Below, in pieces: positions 1 through 21,073 of a stretch of 64,000 nucleotides of DNA (the first letter of the stretch is position 1; each line of letters starts with the position of its first letter). The notes below the pieces were generated by a model. The model was not told where the DNA came from. It saw only the letters and a list, made by a program, of their open reading frames with translations, and made no database searches. A program made the position numbers and the translations under genes. The DNA comes from Amoebidium appalachense (taxonomy: Eukaryota > Protista > Ichthyosporea), in assembly GCA_963693365.1 (NCBI GenBank), contig CAVNZM010000009.1, forward strand, positions 207,641-271,640, read 5' to 3'.

Positions 1-189
1 TATTTCCATCCGTCTTACACATACATCACCCCCCACCTCTCTCTCTCTCTCGCTCATTCCTTTCTTCCCCAACAAAAAAAAGGTGGGGCGTAGCTATCCA
101 ATTTTTGCCACTTGAAGGGCCCTGATTGGCAAACTTTTGATCAAACAAAATAACCACCCACTAACCCATATACCCTTTTATCCCCCCAG

Positions 190-478
190 GGGCAAGTTTC
201 AAGACGAGTGCACACCCAAACTCAAACACACAGGGGCAGGGATCCTGTCCATGGCTAACAGTGGGCCAAACACAAATGGCAGCCAGTTCTTTATCACACT
301 GGCACCCACAGCACACCTGGATGGTAGGCATGCATGTGTTTGTGTGGGTGTGTGTGTGGGTGTGGGTGTGTGTGTGTGTGTGTGTGTGTTTGTTTGTTGG
401 TATGTGTCCGTGTGTGCGTGTATGCTTGTGCATGCATTTTTCCCTACCGTACACCTGCTCTACACATACACATGTGCG

Positions 479-560
<82 letters not shown>

Positions 561-1387
561 GGTTGCTGGCATACACAGATACGCATGGGGTTGAGTAGTT
601 TGTGAAGAACCTTCCTTTTTCCGTCCTTGAGTTTGATGTCTTCGATGGTAGAACTTGTGGTTGGATTAAGGTTGTGAGCTATTGGTGTGCTTTTGTTCGC
701 AGGTGCCGATCTGCATATGGGATAAGCCCACCCCCCCCCCCCCCCCCCCCCCCTCTCTCTCTTTCCCCCCCCCCCCCTCCCCGGGACCCTCATGTATTGT
801 GTAGAGCCATAGCAAACGGTTTATGGATGTAGTAGACGTGTATGGAGGGGGCGTGTAGTTCATGGTGTGATGTGTGTGCCTGTGCGCCTGTGTGCCTGCA
901 TGTGCCTGTGTGGGGGGCCGTAGCATGTGCACGGGCATGCTCACTCTCTGTGTCTCTACTACAGGCAAGCACACGATTTTTGGGCGGGTCAGCACGGGGC
1001 TGGCTGTGGTCAACCGCATAGGTCTGGTGGAGACGGACAGCAAGGACAGGTGCGTGCACATGCACTGGCCCTGCGTGCATGTGTGACTGTTTGACTGTGT
1101 GACCTCCCCCCCCCCCCCCCCCCCTCCCCCCCCCCCCTCCTCCGCACAGATCCGGGGAGGGGGGGGGGGGGGGGGGGGATGTGTTACAGAGCTACACATC
1201 AACGACCGACAACACAGTGCAGATTGCAAAGCACATTGCACGCTCATTTGTGCATGCCTAGCAAGAAGTGCATGGTGTTGTCCGTCGCGAATGTGGTAGT
1301 TCGTTCTCTGCAAAATATCTTTACCTCCCCAACCCCCCCCCCCCCCCCACCCCCCCCCCACCCCCCCCTCCACCCACCCACTCACCC

Positions 1388-1472
<85 letters not shown>

Positions 1473-1603
1473 TTTCCTGTGTTCAAATGCTCTGCGTATA
1501 TGGCCTGTCCAATCTATGCACCGTGTTCCGTGTTCGTCTCTCCACAAAGTAATGAGTTTGCCAGGTAGCACCATGCCATGCAATCAATCCATTCCCCTCC
1601 CCC

Positions 1604-1640
<37 letters not shown>

Positions 1641-1784
1641 TCCCCCGCCCACACACACACACACACACCACACCCAAAAAAAAAAATCACTACCACAATT
1701 ACCACGTGCATGCATGTCTATACGATCAGGGCCTTCAAGGTCAGCGGAACATTTTCAAATCCGCAAAGCACTCACATTAACCCT

Positions 1785-1818
<34 letters not shown>

Positions 1819-2294
1819 CCTCCCGGAGACCGCTTTACTTCCATGCAACCGGGCATGGTTGCTCTGTGTCGTGCATCTGTAAGCACATACGCATTTTCTG
1901 CTGCACTGCATTAGTTTGCACACACATATTCACCGTTTTGCTCACCTTGCTTGCATAAGCAACCCTGCTCGTTTTTGATCAAGACGGGTTGACCCTCCCA
2001 AGTTCAGTTGATGCTGCTGTCTGATTTGGAGAGTCGTATATACGCGGGCTAAGGGGTCGAAACTCAGACGCAATTGATGACTTGGGCCCTCCCTGAGGAT
2101 GGGCTCTGCTTATGACGCATACTGTGCGCATGGCTGATGTTGCATACTTGAATGTTTGCCTTTGCATGTGTCTTCGTGTATGCGTAATTCGTACCGTGTT
2201 CCGCATTCAAACCCCCCCCCCCCCCCCCCCCCCCCCGCTCTCTCTTTCCCCTTGGTCACACACACACACACATACACACACACATACACACACA

Positions 2295-2381
<87 letters not shown>

Positions 2382-2480
2382 CTGGTTCACTTTCTTACTC
2401 CTCCCCACCTGCCACCCCCCAGGCCTATCGATGATGTCAAGATCTTGAGGGCTTACCCGTGGGACGGAGAGGACGAATAG
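190..2480 (+). CDS. PPIL1: Cyclophilin-type peptidyl-prolyl isomerase, PPIL1-like (3' part; 5' exons lie upstream of the window)
   Basis: Exons 190-323, 965-1049 and 2423-2480 have GT-AG boundaries and compatible phases. They give [44 protein letters not shown]|[28 protein letters not shown]|[19 protein letters not shown]. This carries the cyclophilin [13 protein letters not shown] and [11 protein letters not shown] motifs, and the ETD.KDRP.DDVKI tail is PPIL1-like. Confidence 0.9.
1833..2211 (+). mobile_element. ~380-bp dispersed non-coding element, copy 1 (PPIL1 intron), flanked by poly-C
   Basis: Near-identical to 37203-37597 from CTTTACTTCCATGCAACC to GTGTTCCGCATTCAAA. Same orientation as the host gene. 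No coding capacity; extensive internal complementarity. Confidence 0.8.
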
Positions 2481-5400
2481 ACCGTGACCTTTCTGTCCTT
2501 TTTTCCTCCCTTCTATCTTTTTTTTCCTCGATTTTCTCACTTCAATGATTTTGATTTTTTTACTTCTCTTTTTTCCGTTCTTTTTTGGAAGAGAAAGAAA
2601 AGGAATGAAGAGTTTAGGTGTTTTTGCTTTTACGTGCTGACTTGTCAGTCATCCTGTTTCTTGGATAAACTAGTCATAGGATGGGATTTATGTCTGGCGA
2701 CACACAAGGGCTTAATCACGACATGTTACCACGAGCATGCACACTGCAATGCAGCCACACACTCAGTTGTTTGTTTACGTAGGAAACCTAATGCTTTGTG
2801 AACAGGCTTATGCCTTCACCCCACTTCTTTCAGGTGATATTGTTGGTGTCGTCATGGGTTTGTAGTTTGGAATGTTGGGTTTATAACCGTAAATATTCAA
2901 TATAAAAGTGAACGTGCATGCATTTAGCCCCACAGCTACGACTACTGTGTGCACGTGTGGGGTGGCCTTTCACAGCGTGTTTGCCTTTATGAATAATAGG
3001 TGGGGTGGAGTGGGAGAGAGGGTACCACAGTGCAATTTGAATACGATTTAGACGAAGCACCCATGAATGATGCATGTATGCAAGTTGCAGTGTTCCAGTC
3101 AGCCCCCAGTATGTACTACCTGCAAGCCAAAAAAAAGGAAAGAAGAGTTCTCTGTGGCAGGCCACAGGAGTGATACTACCACCTTTTTCCGGCCATGCAT
3201 CATTCCATCCCTCCCCTCGACACAAACACAACACAAACACGTGCACGCACACACACACACGTACACGCACACACACACGTACACGCACACACACACAAAT
3301 CAATACGCACACACACTGTCCGACAGAACACACACACACACGTACACACAATGACATATGTATATATGTGGCCAAGCCTTGCACTTCGATTTCCATATAC
3401 ATGCGCATGCATATGGAAGCTCCCCTTCCTTCTCCCCCCCCCCCCCCCCCCCCCCGCCCCTCCCTCCCTCCCTCCCTCCCTCCCCTTCCGTCTCTTTGGT
3501 CTTCTATGCCTACTATCACGTCATTTAGTCTGTTTACTTCTCTGGAGACTGTCACGTTACATAGAGTGTTTGTTGTACTGCAGCAATCGCAATGCATCAG
3601 TGCGAGGCAACCGATTACGATTCAAAAAAATCGTTTTTGCGATAGGGAGCCCCTACGTAACCGTAGCAACAGGGGCACCCATACATGTTGGGGGGGGGCG
3701 CAGTTTCACAGTGACTGTGAGTGATCACACATGCGTAAAGGAGTGGCTTCAACTGCGGCGATTTTTGCAACATTCTCAGGCTTTTTTTTTTGGAACCAGC
3801 TCGAGTCCTGGGCCAAGTAGCACAATCTAAATATGGCTAAAAAGGGCTTAAAATAGCAGGGCGATGCATCGTAAGCCAATCGGCGATCGCTGCAGCCGGT
3901 TGAACTACGACCCAAAATCGTCGTATCATACGATCAAGCCCAGGGGGTCGATACGAGTAAGGCTGCGAGGTACTGTATTGGTTTTTCGTAGCAGTCAAAT
4001 AGGCAAAAATATTGTATTTTGGTGTATTGTCATACAAAAATGGGTGCTTTCCCAGGTAAAGGTGGTCAGCTGGTTATTTTGGCACTCCAGAGCGGAATAT
4101 GAAGCCCTGTTTTGTCTTTCGGGGTGTGTAATTGCTAAGGGAGTTAAAATTCAACTGAAATGGGTCATCAAATTTAATTATATAAGGGGTCTATACAGTT
4201 CCTAAGTAAGAAACACTTTTCTTTTGACTCGGTTTTATTGATCCGTTGACGAAGGCAACGTGCAGCCACAGGCTACATAACCACCAATAGAACTGAAAAA
4301 GCCAAAGCTACGAAATAAAAATAAAGCGACAAGTGACAAAGGACACCAGCGGGCAAAACCTTAAGTGTACGCGTATGCGTGAAACTAGTTTGCTCCAACT
4401 AGTCATATGCATCGATGTTGACCAGACCACACTCCGCAAGAAGACATCATTACTGCTGCTTCCCAACAGGCCCCCCTCAAACCTACCGAGGCACAGCAAG
4501 CAAGTCAGCCTCTAAAAGAGCAATGCAGACCAAATCTGAGCTAAAAAACAATCCCAACGGGCTTGGCCCCTAGATAACCCCGAGAAACTGCATCTAGCTC
4601 TCTGATAAGGTGGCCTAGTTGTGGCAGGACACACAGAAAAACACAATTACAGAATGCATGCAAGCAAACCCGGTCATTGCCATACGACCGGAGGCTAAGG
4701 ACTGGCAGTCACTTGGAAAGCTCCCCAACGACCAAGTAGCCGCCCCTCGAGCTCCACTCACGTAGCGCAGAAGTAGCTGAAGAAGTTGCAGCAGCCCACC
4801 GCCAATATGTCGCGTAGAAGCGTAGACAGCGTGTAGAAGTTACATAGGTTGCAGTGGACCACCAGGCGTTGAAGAAACCACTTCTCAAGCGAGAAACTCC
4901 GCGAAAGGGAGATGCCCCCACACTCTCACAGCAGTAGGAATACACCCCGCCAATATGATTTAAAAATTCCGACAATACGATTGCGTTTAGGGTAAAACGG
5001 GTAGCGCAGCCAAGGCTGCACAACCCCTGCTGGAGCCTGCACTCTCGTGACCGCCTGGTCACGGTTTTTGAAGCTCCCTGCGGTCAGTTGGTCAGTGGGA
5101 CATCAATGTTGGTAAATACAGCATACACAGTGTACAATAGCCTAATAGTATTATTAGCCTTTTTTTCTTATTCTTACGGCAGTATAGCCATGAGCATCGC
5201 TTTGTGAACACAGCGTTGTGATTGCATCAAGGTAGATTTAGGAGGCCTTGGATTGCATGCAAATATGGCCCACACTGCGTGATTGCATTCGGTGAGGCAG
5301 CCAACGCGGGCCCTGCTTTCCATTGGTGCTCCGGCTTGATGGTTGTCGCGCGCAACCGTTACTAATCACTGATTCGCTACAGATCATTCCAGACAACTCC

Positions 5401-5584
5401 CTAAAAATTACCTACCATATTTAGTTAGCTGATACACGTTTTGATTGGATGTGGCTGCACCAGCCCCAAACAACACTGAGTTGCCAACAAAAGTTTTTTG
5501 CCCGGCGGTGTTGCCATCATGAGTTTAGAAGTGGCTTTGTTTTCTTTGCGGAATAAGTGTCCTTATTCCAGTTAAGACGGGAAA

Positions 5585-13353
<7,769 letters not shown>

Positions 13354-13916
13354 GGGGGTGCGCAATGTAGACTAATCAGTGGGATAGTCGTGGATAGCTG
13401 AAATTGCAGCAAAAAATATATCGGTTGGTTTTTAGGTAACACTCATTGATTGGCAAGTTGCACTAAATAATGCATAGTAAACTGGAGTGTCGTAATGTGG
13501 GTGCAATGAGAGTTAATGAAGATGAATGTTGTCAAGTGTCGATTGGAATTCATAACCAATATCAGGATAGTTTTTTATGATCTGATCTTATTGCCCGAAA
13601 AAACCAATCATTAATGTTATATCTGAGTGGATAATTGCCTACAGGTACTTTAAGCTAATAAAGCGATCGTTTTTTGGAAGAGGGGCCTTGAATTGGTGTA
13701 TGACAATCACGTAATCGTGCCAAGTTGAACATGCATGTGGATCTGGTGGCCCCCCCACCATCTCGGCCACCACTTTACACAGTCATGGTTGACGGAGACA
13801 TGCTGATTGGTGACGTTGGGAGGGCTAGGATGATTACCGAGCCCCTCGTTATCCGGAGTAGAGATTCGAATTTTCCCCGAGTGCGATTGTGTTACTAATA
13901 CTAAAGAAAGCAAATC

Positions 13917-13977
<61 letters not shown>

Positions 13978-14269
13978 TGGGGGGGGGGGTTTTGGTTTAC
14001 ACCATTCAGGATATGAATATGGGATATCATCGCACGCCGATTTATTTAAAATACAGCTTCAACTCATCACCAAGGTTTTGTGCATATTTTTAGAAATTCA
14101 CGTGTATGACAAAACCAGAAAATAAACCAACGGTAACATGGTGCCAGATACCCAGAATATCATTAGTAGGCGAGTCTAAAACGGATGATACGCAGAAAAC
14201 GAGGTGTGTTTGTGTGCGTGTGTGCGTGTGTGCGTGCGTACGTGTGCGTGTGCGTGTGTGTGCGTGTGT

Positions 14270-14350
<81 letters not shown>

Positions 14351-15129
14351 TGTGTGTGTGCGCGCGCGCACGCGCGCGCCTGCGTGCCTCTGTGTGCGTG
14401 TGTGTGTGTGTGTGCGGGAGTGCGCACGTGCGTGCGTGTAATCGTATGCGTGTGAGTGTGCAAGCACGGGTATCTGTGTGACTGTGTGTTGTGTGTATGT
14501 ACCTATGCATGCACGTGTGTGGGGGGGGGTTTTGTGTGCCCGGTGTATATGTTACTGTCAGCATATGGGGGAGAGAGGAAGGTAGGAAGAGAGAGGGACG
14601 GAGGGACGGGGGAGGGAAGGTGGAGTGGAGTAGCGAAAGTGTGTGATGGAGAGGGAAGTGATAGGTATGTGTGCGGATGGGTGAATTGTCACGTGACGAC
14701 TTGAAATACTCAGATATCAAAAACACCTGAACCCAACTAATTGATTTTCTCTTTAGTTTAATGATTTCATAGTGTATGAAAACCTTGACATATAACACCA
14801 CCCGACATGTATGTACCTGATATGATAAATTCTGAGGGGATATACCAAGCAAATACCCCCCCATACCTGAGACTGGTCTCTCTTGTGCCTCGAGCAAACA
14901 GCGTAAACCACCGAAACACATCCGCGTGTTCACACATACACAAATCACATTAAGGTATACTTACGCTCAACTATCTCTAGATTACGAATACCTTTTTAAG
15001 TTAACAACTAATCAGATATTGCCATTAATTTTAAATCAACCACTCACAACACCCCTTTAGCAGGCAGATGAAGTCAACAACCAACACCCCAGACCGTCTT
15101 TTGTTGCTGACGGCTGGCGCCTATCCACC

Positions 15130-15232
15130 CTAGTCTCTCGTCTGTAGGGTTATTGTTAGACAAAGAACGGGAAGAGGGGGGGGGGCGGGAGGTTGCTGGG
15201 TGGAGTGGTGGTGGTGGGTGGATGAGTGTTTT

Positions 15233-15278
<46 letters not shown>

Positions 15279-15342
15279 GGAAGGGGGAGCGGAGGGAATG
15301 TGTAGGGCCTGAGGCAGAGGGATTGTCAAGGAGTGAGAGGAA

Positions 15343-15380
<38 letters not shown>

Positions 15381-15614
15381 AGGGGAGGAGGACGAGGGGG
15401 AGGCAGGCGCGGCCACGTGAGGAGGAGGGGGGGAGAGGGGGTGTGAACGGGAGGGAGGGCTTGCCGAAGAGAGCGGGAGTGAGTGGGATAGAGGGAAGGA
15501 GGAAAGGAGGGATAGGAAAAGAGAGGGAACACATGTATCCTAATGGCTACATTCCGCGTACATGAAAACAACCTGCCAGAACGAGATGGGGAAGGGGTGG
15601 AGGGGTGGAGTAGG

Positions 15615-15646
<32 letters not shown>

Positions 15647-15754
15647 TAGAATGTGGAAAACGGCACGAAGTGTGCAATATCAGCAACACGCGCAGTGTGC
15701 AACATAAGCAAAGCCCAGGGCTGGAAATACTTAGTGCCCGGGGAAGGTGTGTGT

Positions 15755-15785
<31 letters not shown>

Positions 15786-17955
15786 GGGGGGGTTAACAGC
15801 ATATTTATAATGTGTCCTAAAGAGCCTTTGAAGTCAGTCAAATGAATAAACAACACAACTGGTCTTTGCGTCGTGCGCGGTGCAGTGCGCCTTTGAGTGC
15901 TCAGTATGTGTGCGTGCATTAACCAAAACTCGCTCTTCAAACATATGTTCTTCTATATGTTAGTGAGCAATGAGCTTGAGGTATCAGAAACTTGATCGGA
16001 CGCGGGAAGGCAGGCGCCGGGGGAAGGGGGGGGGGGGGGGGGGGGGGGGGGGGATTAGGATGTGTTACGCTGTTCGAAGTTCATATTCACAAGGAGACAA
16101 CCCAGATTTTGCAGAAAAGAGCACCACCAGAGAGAATGCATCGTGATAAGAGCCTCTCTTCGCAGGAGGGGGGGGGGGGGGGGGGGGGGGTATAATGTGT
16201 CCCAGTGCGGAGTGCATATTCATAGCGTGGCAACACAATGCAGATTTGCCAAGAAAGCGTATACAAGGAATATGCACCATAATCAGAGCCCTGGGGGGGA
16301 GGGGGTTTTGGGGGGGGGGTGTTGATTGAACTCACCACTTCTACGTGTTCAGGCAGATGGCCGAGATCCCAAGGACAATCCTCGGGAACGTGCAGCTCCC
16401 GTAGGGAGGGATGGCCCGTCAGACACAGCAAATCGCTCACTTGGGGCAGGTCTTTAAGTGCCAGCCCTGTCATGGTTGTGCACTGCGAGAGTGCGCTGAT
16501 GTCGGCGAGGCCTTGACAAAAAAACACAAAAAGGTGTTTCAGCGGTAGACCGGCCAGCGGGGCAAGTGTGCTGACGCCTTGCAGGAACGAAAAGCCGGCG
16601 CGAAGTAGCTGTTTGCACTCGGATAGGGGTTGGAGTGACGTGAACGTACCGGCTTTGTTGAGAACAATGCTTTGGAGGTTGGCTAGGGCGGCGAGTGGTT
16701 CAATGGAAGGAAGCTCGCAACACTGAACTTTGATGTGCCTCAGTTGTGTGCACGTCCTCACCCAATCGATGTTGTCTACCTTCGAATCGATTAATTCGAG
16801 AAATTTGATTGGGCTTCCCGCTAATGCGGTGACATCCCTGTTAGGTACGGAATCACCGACGAGCTCGAAAAAACCCAACCGTACGGTCTGGAGGCTTGGA
16901 TGGGAACAGGGCTGACCCAGGGAGGCGATTTCGATGTCGCTCCCACGCAGATGTTGCAGGTTTGGAAAACCGGCACGGCTTGTCGCAATCGTTCAAATGA
17001 ATCGTGGTTAGGTTGGTTATGCCCAAAGGAGCGAGTCTTGACACCTGCTGGCACGCATCACCCTCGAGGTACACCATGCGTAGCGTGTTGGCAGACCCGG
17101 CCAAGAACCCAACATCCAGCGTGCAAACACCGTCCTCTGTGTAATGCAACAGGGAAACATCGACAAGCCCCACGCTCTCACCCGTCACCCCCGCCACGTC
17201 CATAATCTTAACGGTGCGTAGCGTCGGGTGGGCGGGAAAGTTCCGAACTTGAACGGTGGCGCCAAAGTCCGCCTCGAGAGAAAGGGTGGAAAGGTGCTTG
17301 GGGAAAGATCCAAAACCGGGACGGCGATATTGCTCAGAGCCAACCGGCGCAGGTTTGTAAGCGCGCTAAGGAACGATACTGCGTCTTGGTATAGGTCATC
17401 CCTGTCGAAGCCCGAAACAGAAAAATCAAAACCGCGAATTTTCGGCGCACACTGAAGGACGGATTCTACCGCGGCGTTTGCAGCACCAAACACGACCATC
17501 TTGTCCGTTTGTAGAAGTGGCCTAGAACCGCGGACCGATTTGGGCCAGTTAAACCCGTCAACAACCAGGCTGTGAAGACTGGGACAGCGATCCCACAGAA
17601 ACGAAACAAACGCCGCCTCTCAGGCCGCATCTCGCCGAATACGCCCGTCAGGTGCACGCAACTCCACGGTGAGCTCCCTCAACTGCGCACCCCTCCTCAT
17701 TAACACTGGCCGCACCAGAGCTTCCAAATCTCTCATATAGTCCTGGCTTGACACTTCGCATTCAACTTCCAAACGGGTCAGGTTTGGAAGCGACAAAACC
17801 GAAACGGCAAATGTGGCGGTCTGAAAAGACCGTGCGGCACCGTCAGTGCCGTCAAAATGGGCCACATTCACCTGCACACCACTAATCGCCTCTGCCCACG
17901 CGTTAATAAACAGGATGAGGGGATGCGCCCACGACTCAGACAGCCCCATATCCAT
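15130..17955 (-). pseudogene. Leucine-rich-repeat protein gene broken by several frameshifts (pseudogene or local assembly indels)
   Basis: Consecutive overlapping minus-strand ORFs (17620-17955, 17466-17657, 17185-17499, 16853-17203, 16087-16878) carry LRR-type segments: LPNLTRLEV, LTNLRRLALSN, IEPLAALANLQSIVL, LAPLAGLPLKHL. Probable donor GTGAGT at 16335 and a tiny last exon 15130-15141 (TRD*). 5' end uncertain. Confidence 0.65.
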
Positions 17956-18120
17956 TCATATCCCGTGTCCCCCCCTCTCCCCCCCCCTCCCCTCTCTCCC
18001 CGGCGGTGGCTCTTCCCTTTCACCCTTTGTTTCTCCAAAAAAAAAAAAAAAAAAAAAACTCCGTCCCCCCTTCCGGCCACACAGTTGCAAATTCCCACTA
18101 CCTTTGAACCCTGAGCCAAG

Positions 18121-18180
<60 letters not shown>

Positions 18181-18479
18181 CCCCCCCCCCCCCCCCCCCC
18201 CCCTCCCCCCCCCCCCCCCCCCCCCGCCCACCTTGCCTCCCTCCTCCCCTCAAACACCCACCCACCCACCCACACAAACACACACCAGACCCCTTTCGAC
18301 TCCTCCCCGCCTTACAGCACACCCCCAGGGCTGTGGTGATATAGACAAACAGGAGTTGGGAAGGGCCGTAGGAAGGGGGCTGGGTGGGTGGGGGGGGGGG
18401 GAAGGGGGGGCGCAAGAACAACGATATGGGAACTAAAAGATGTTCCAAGGAAGGAGGTGTGTGCTTTTTTTTTTTTTTT

Positions 18480-18510
<31 letters not shown>

Positions 18511-18900
18511 GGATTAAGGGGAAGACAGGGAGGGATGGCAGAGAACAAGAGCGGGAGCGAGAAAAGAGGAAAAAGGAAAGTGAGGGAGGGCGGGTGCGAG
18601 GGAGGGAGAAAATGACAGTGGGAAAGATATATACAGAAAGAGGAAGTCATGGGGAAGGCAGAGACCGGTAGAGAAGAAGAGCCACAGAGAGAGTGAAGGT
18701 AAGGGGGGGGGACGGGGGGACGGGGGGAAGCAGGGCAGGACGGGGGGGGAGAGACAGAAGGAGGGCGGAGAGGAGGGAGGCAGGGAGGGAGCGGAAGAGG
18801 GAGAGAAGGAGAGAGATAGAGGGGGGCCGATGGGTGAAGGGGGGCGGGGAGGGAGGGAGGGAGGGGGGAGGGAAGAGGAAGGGAGGAACGGGGGAGGGGA

Positions 18901-18935
<35 letters not shown>

Positions 18936-19464
18936 CCAACCTTTGCTGTCTGCGGGCTCTATGGGCCTGGCCACGTGAGGCCATGGTGGCACCGTGCAGC
19001 CGCCTGGGCGGTTGGGTTGGTGCACGGGAGAAGGGCGATGGCAGGGCGGGCTAACTGCCCCTTGCTGATTTGTTGTTCGTTTTCACGTCAATGCCTATTG
19101 TATGTAACAGTATATACCACTATCGCTAAATCCATAGTCTTGCGGGTAATAAGACTGCATTAATTACGAACACGATTGAGGCAAGCGGAAGTGTCACGGT
19201 GAGACGGTGACTACGCACCCACTCGCAACTCGCACTGTGACAGAGCAAATTTTTGGCGCCAAAAGGTGTCCACTTGCTTTTTGCCGCGAATTTTAGGTCA
19301 GCCAATCAGCTTGGCGCAAAAACGCGCACCAAAATTTGAAATTTTGACTCCAGCGGTTGCAACCTGCCGCGGCCGGGAACACAAACAAAATGGACCACTT
19401 CAAACAGACCACACACGTCTCAATCCAACAAAGGTCACATAGACAACTCGATATCCCATCGAAC

Positions 19465-19922
19465 ATGATGCAAACACCCATATTTACGCTGGCCCTAGCA
19501 TGGGGCGCCTTGTGGGCGGAAGTGTTCCCCTCCGAGCTGCTCAGGACCACGTTGGGCCACCAAGACACCCTACATACTGGCCGCAGCGGAACACGGGCAC
19601 GCACACACCAACCCCAGACACGTGCACAACTGTGCTCATCGAGGTACTTGGCACATGTGTGTATATGGCACATATGGCACATATGGCTAAATGTGTGTAT
19701 ATGGCACATATGGCACATATGGCACATGTGTGTATATGGTAATGCACGTGCAAAATATCCCACACACGCGCACACCCACATGCTGCTCCTAGTCACGCAT
19801 TTATTAGCCATTGTGTATGCAGTCATATGCGTGCATGTCTCGCATCTATGCATACGCATGTGGTGAATCGACACGGCAGAAGAATGGGGAGGACGGTGGG
19901 CAGCCGGGCGGGCCCCTCTTCC

Positions 19923-19960
<38 letters not shown>

Positions 19961-20580
19961 CTCCCTCCCCCTAATAAGGCCCCGTTTTGACCCCTTCATG
20001 ATGACCAAGACCTTCTCATAGCTCACATACATAGTAATTACAGTTACGGTTTGCCAGAAATATTATATCCGACTGGCGGCTACTACAGAAGGCAATACTA
20101 TATAGGATACACTAACACGCCATGGCCATATCCGGAATTTCGAATACCGCGTCCTACATCGCAGGGAAATGATAACGCCCAATCTTGAATTTTTTGTGAT
20201 TATCGAAACCAAGGATGTTAGAGAGCATGTGCACCAACCACAGCCGGACTTGAATGGAGGCAGGCAGGCTCAAAAGGTACCAACGCAAGGGGACAGCTTT
20301 GCTTGGCAAGATTTTTCAAAACCCTAGGTACAATAAGCTCAACCACACTAGGGCTGTGGAAGTCGAATCGCATTCAAGCTCAACGTTATGTTTCACACAT
20401 GAACACGTGCCACATTGTATTATTTTGATTCATATGTTCAACAACTTCATGAAATATGATATGATGTGGGTACACAACATGTAGCCACCACAAAAACTAT
20501 GCTGATGCATAAACATGTGCACACATGCACACGCACACGCAAACGCACACACACACATGCACGCACACGCACACACGCAT

Positions 20581-20643
<63 letters not shown>

Positions 20644-21032
20644 CACAGGGCCTCGCACGGCATGGCAGCCGCCAACCATCCCTGAGTGACCTCACGACCC
20701 TCCAAAATTGGTGCAAGACTCTAGGTACGGTGTTCCTGCCACCCATGATTTATTTCCAATATTTCTCAAGTTACCTTGGTGAGGAACGGTTAGCATTCTT
20801 TATTTGTATCCATTTTGCAAAAGTTGGAGCCCATGGTGTCTGAAGCTCGGGTGACTTGTATTCATGACACAACTTTTACTAACTCTGTTCCACACACCTA
20901 CGCCACACGCGTGACACAAGTGCACCGAACGCAAGTGCACCGAACGGAAAGGTAGCCCTACGTATGTCGTAATTTCAGACACTTTAATCTCCTCACCTTC
21001 CCTCCTCTGCCCTCCTCCCCCTCCCCCCTCCC

Positions 21033-21073
<41 letters not shown>

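Noticed and set aside
2020-2100. Hammerhead ribozyme in the 380-bp element (GAAA and TGATGA motifs)
   Set aside because: Order and spacing do not allow stems I-III around a CUGANGA/GAAA/UH core.
4709-5062. 117-aa minus-strand ORF upstream of PCYT2
   Set aside because: No recognisable domain or convincing gene structure. The 3.6-5.1 kb region may be a repeat remnant, but I found no TIR or LTR.
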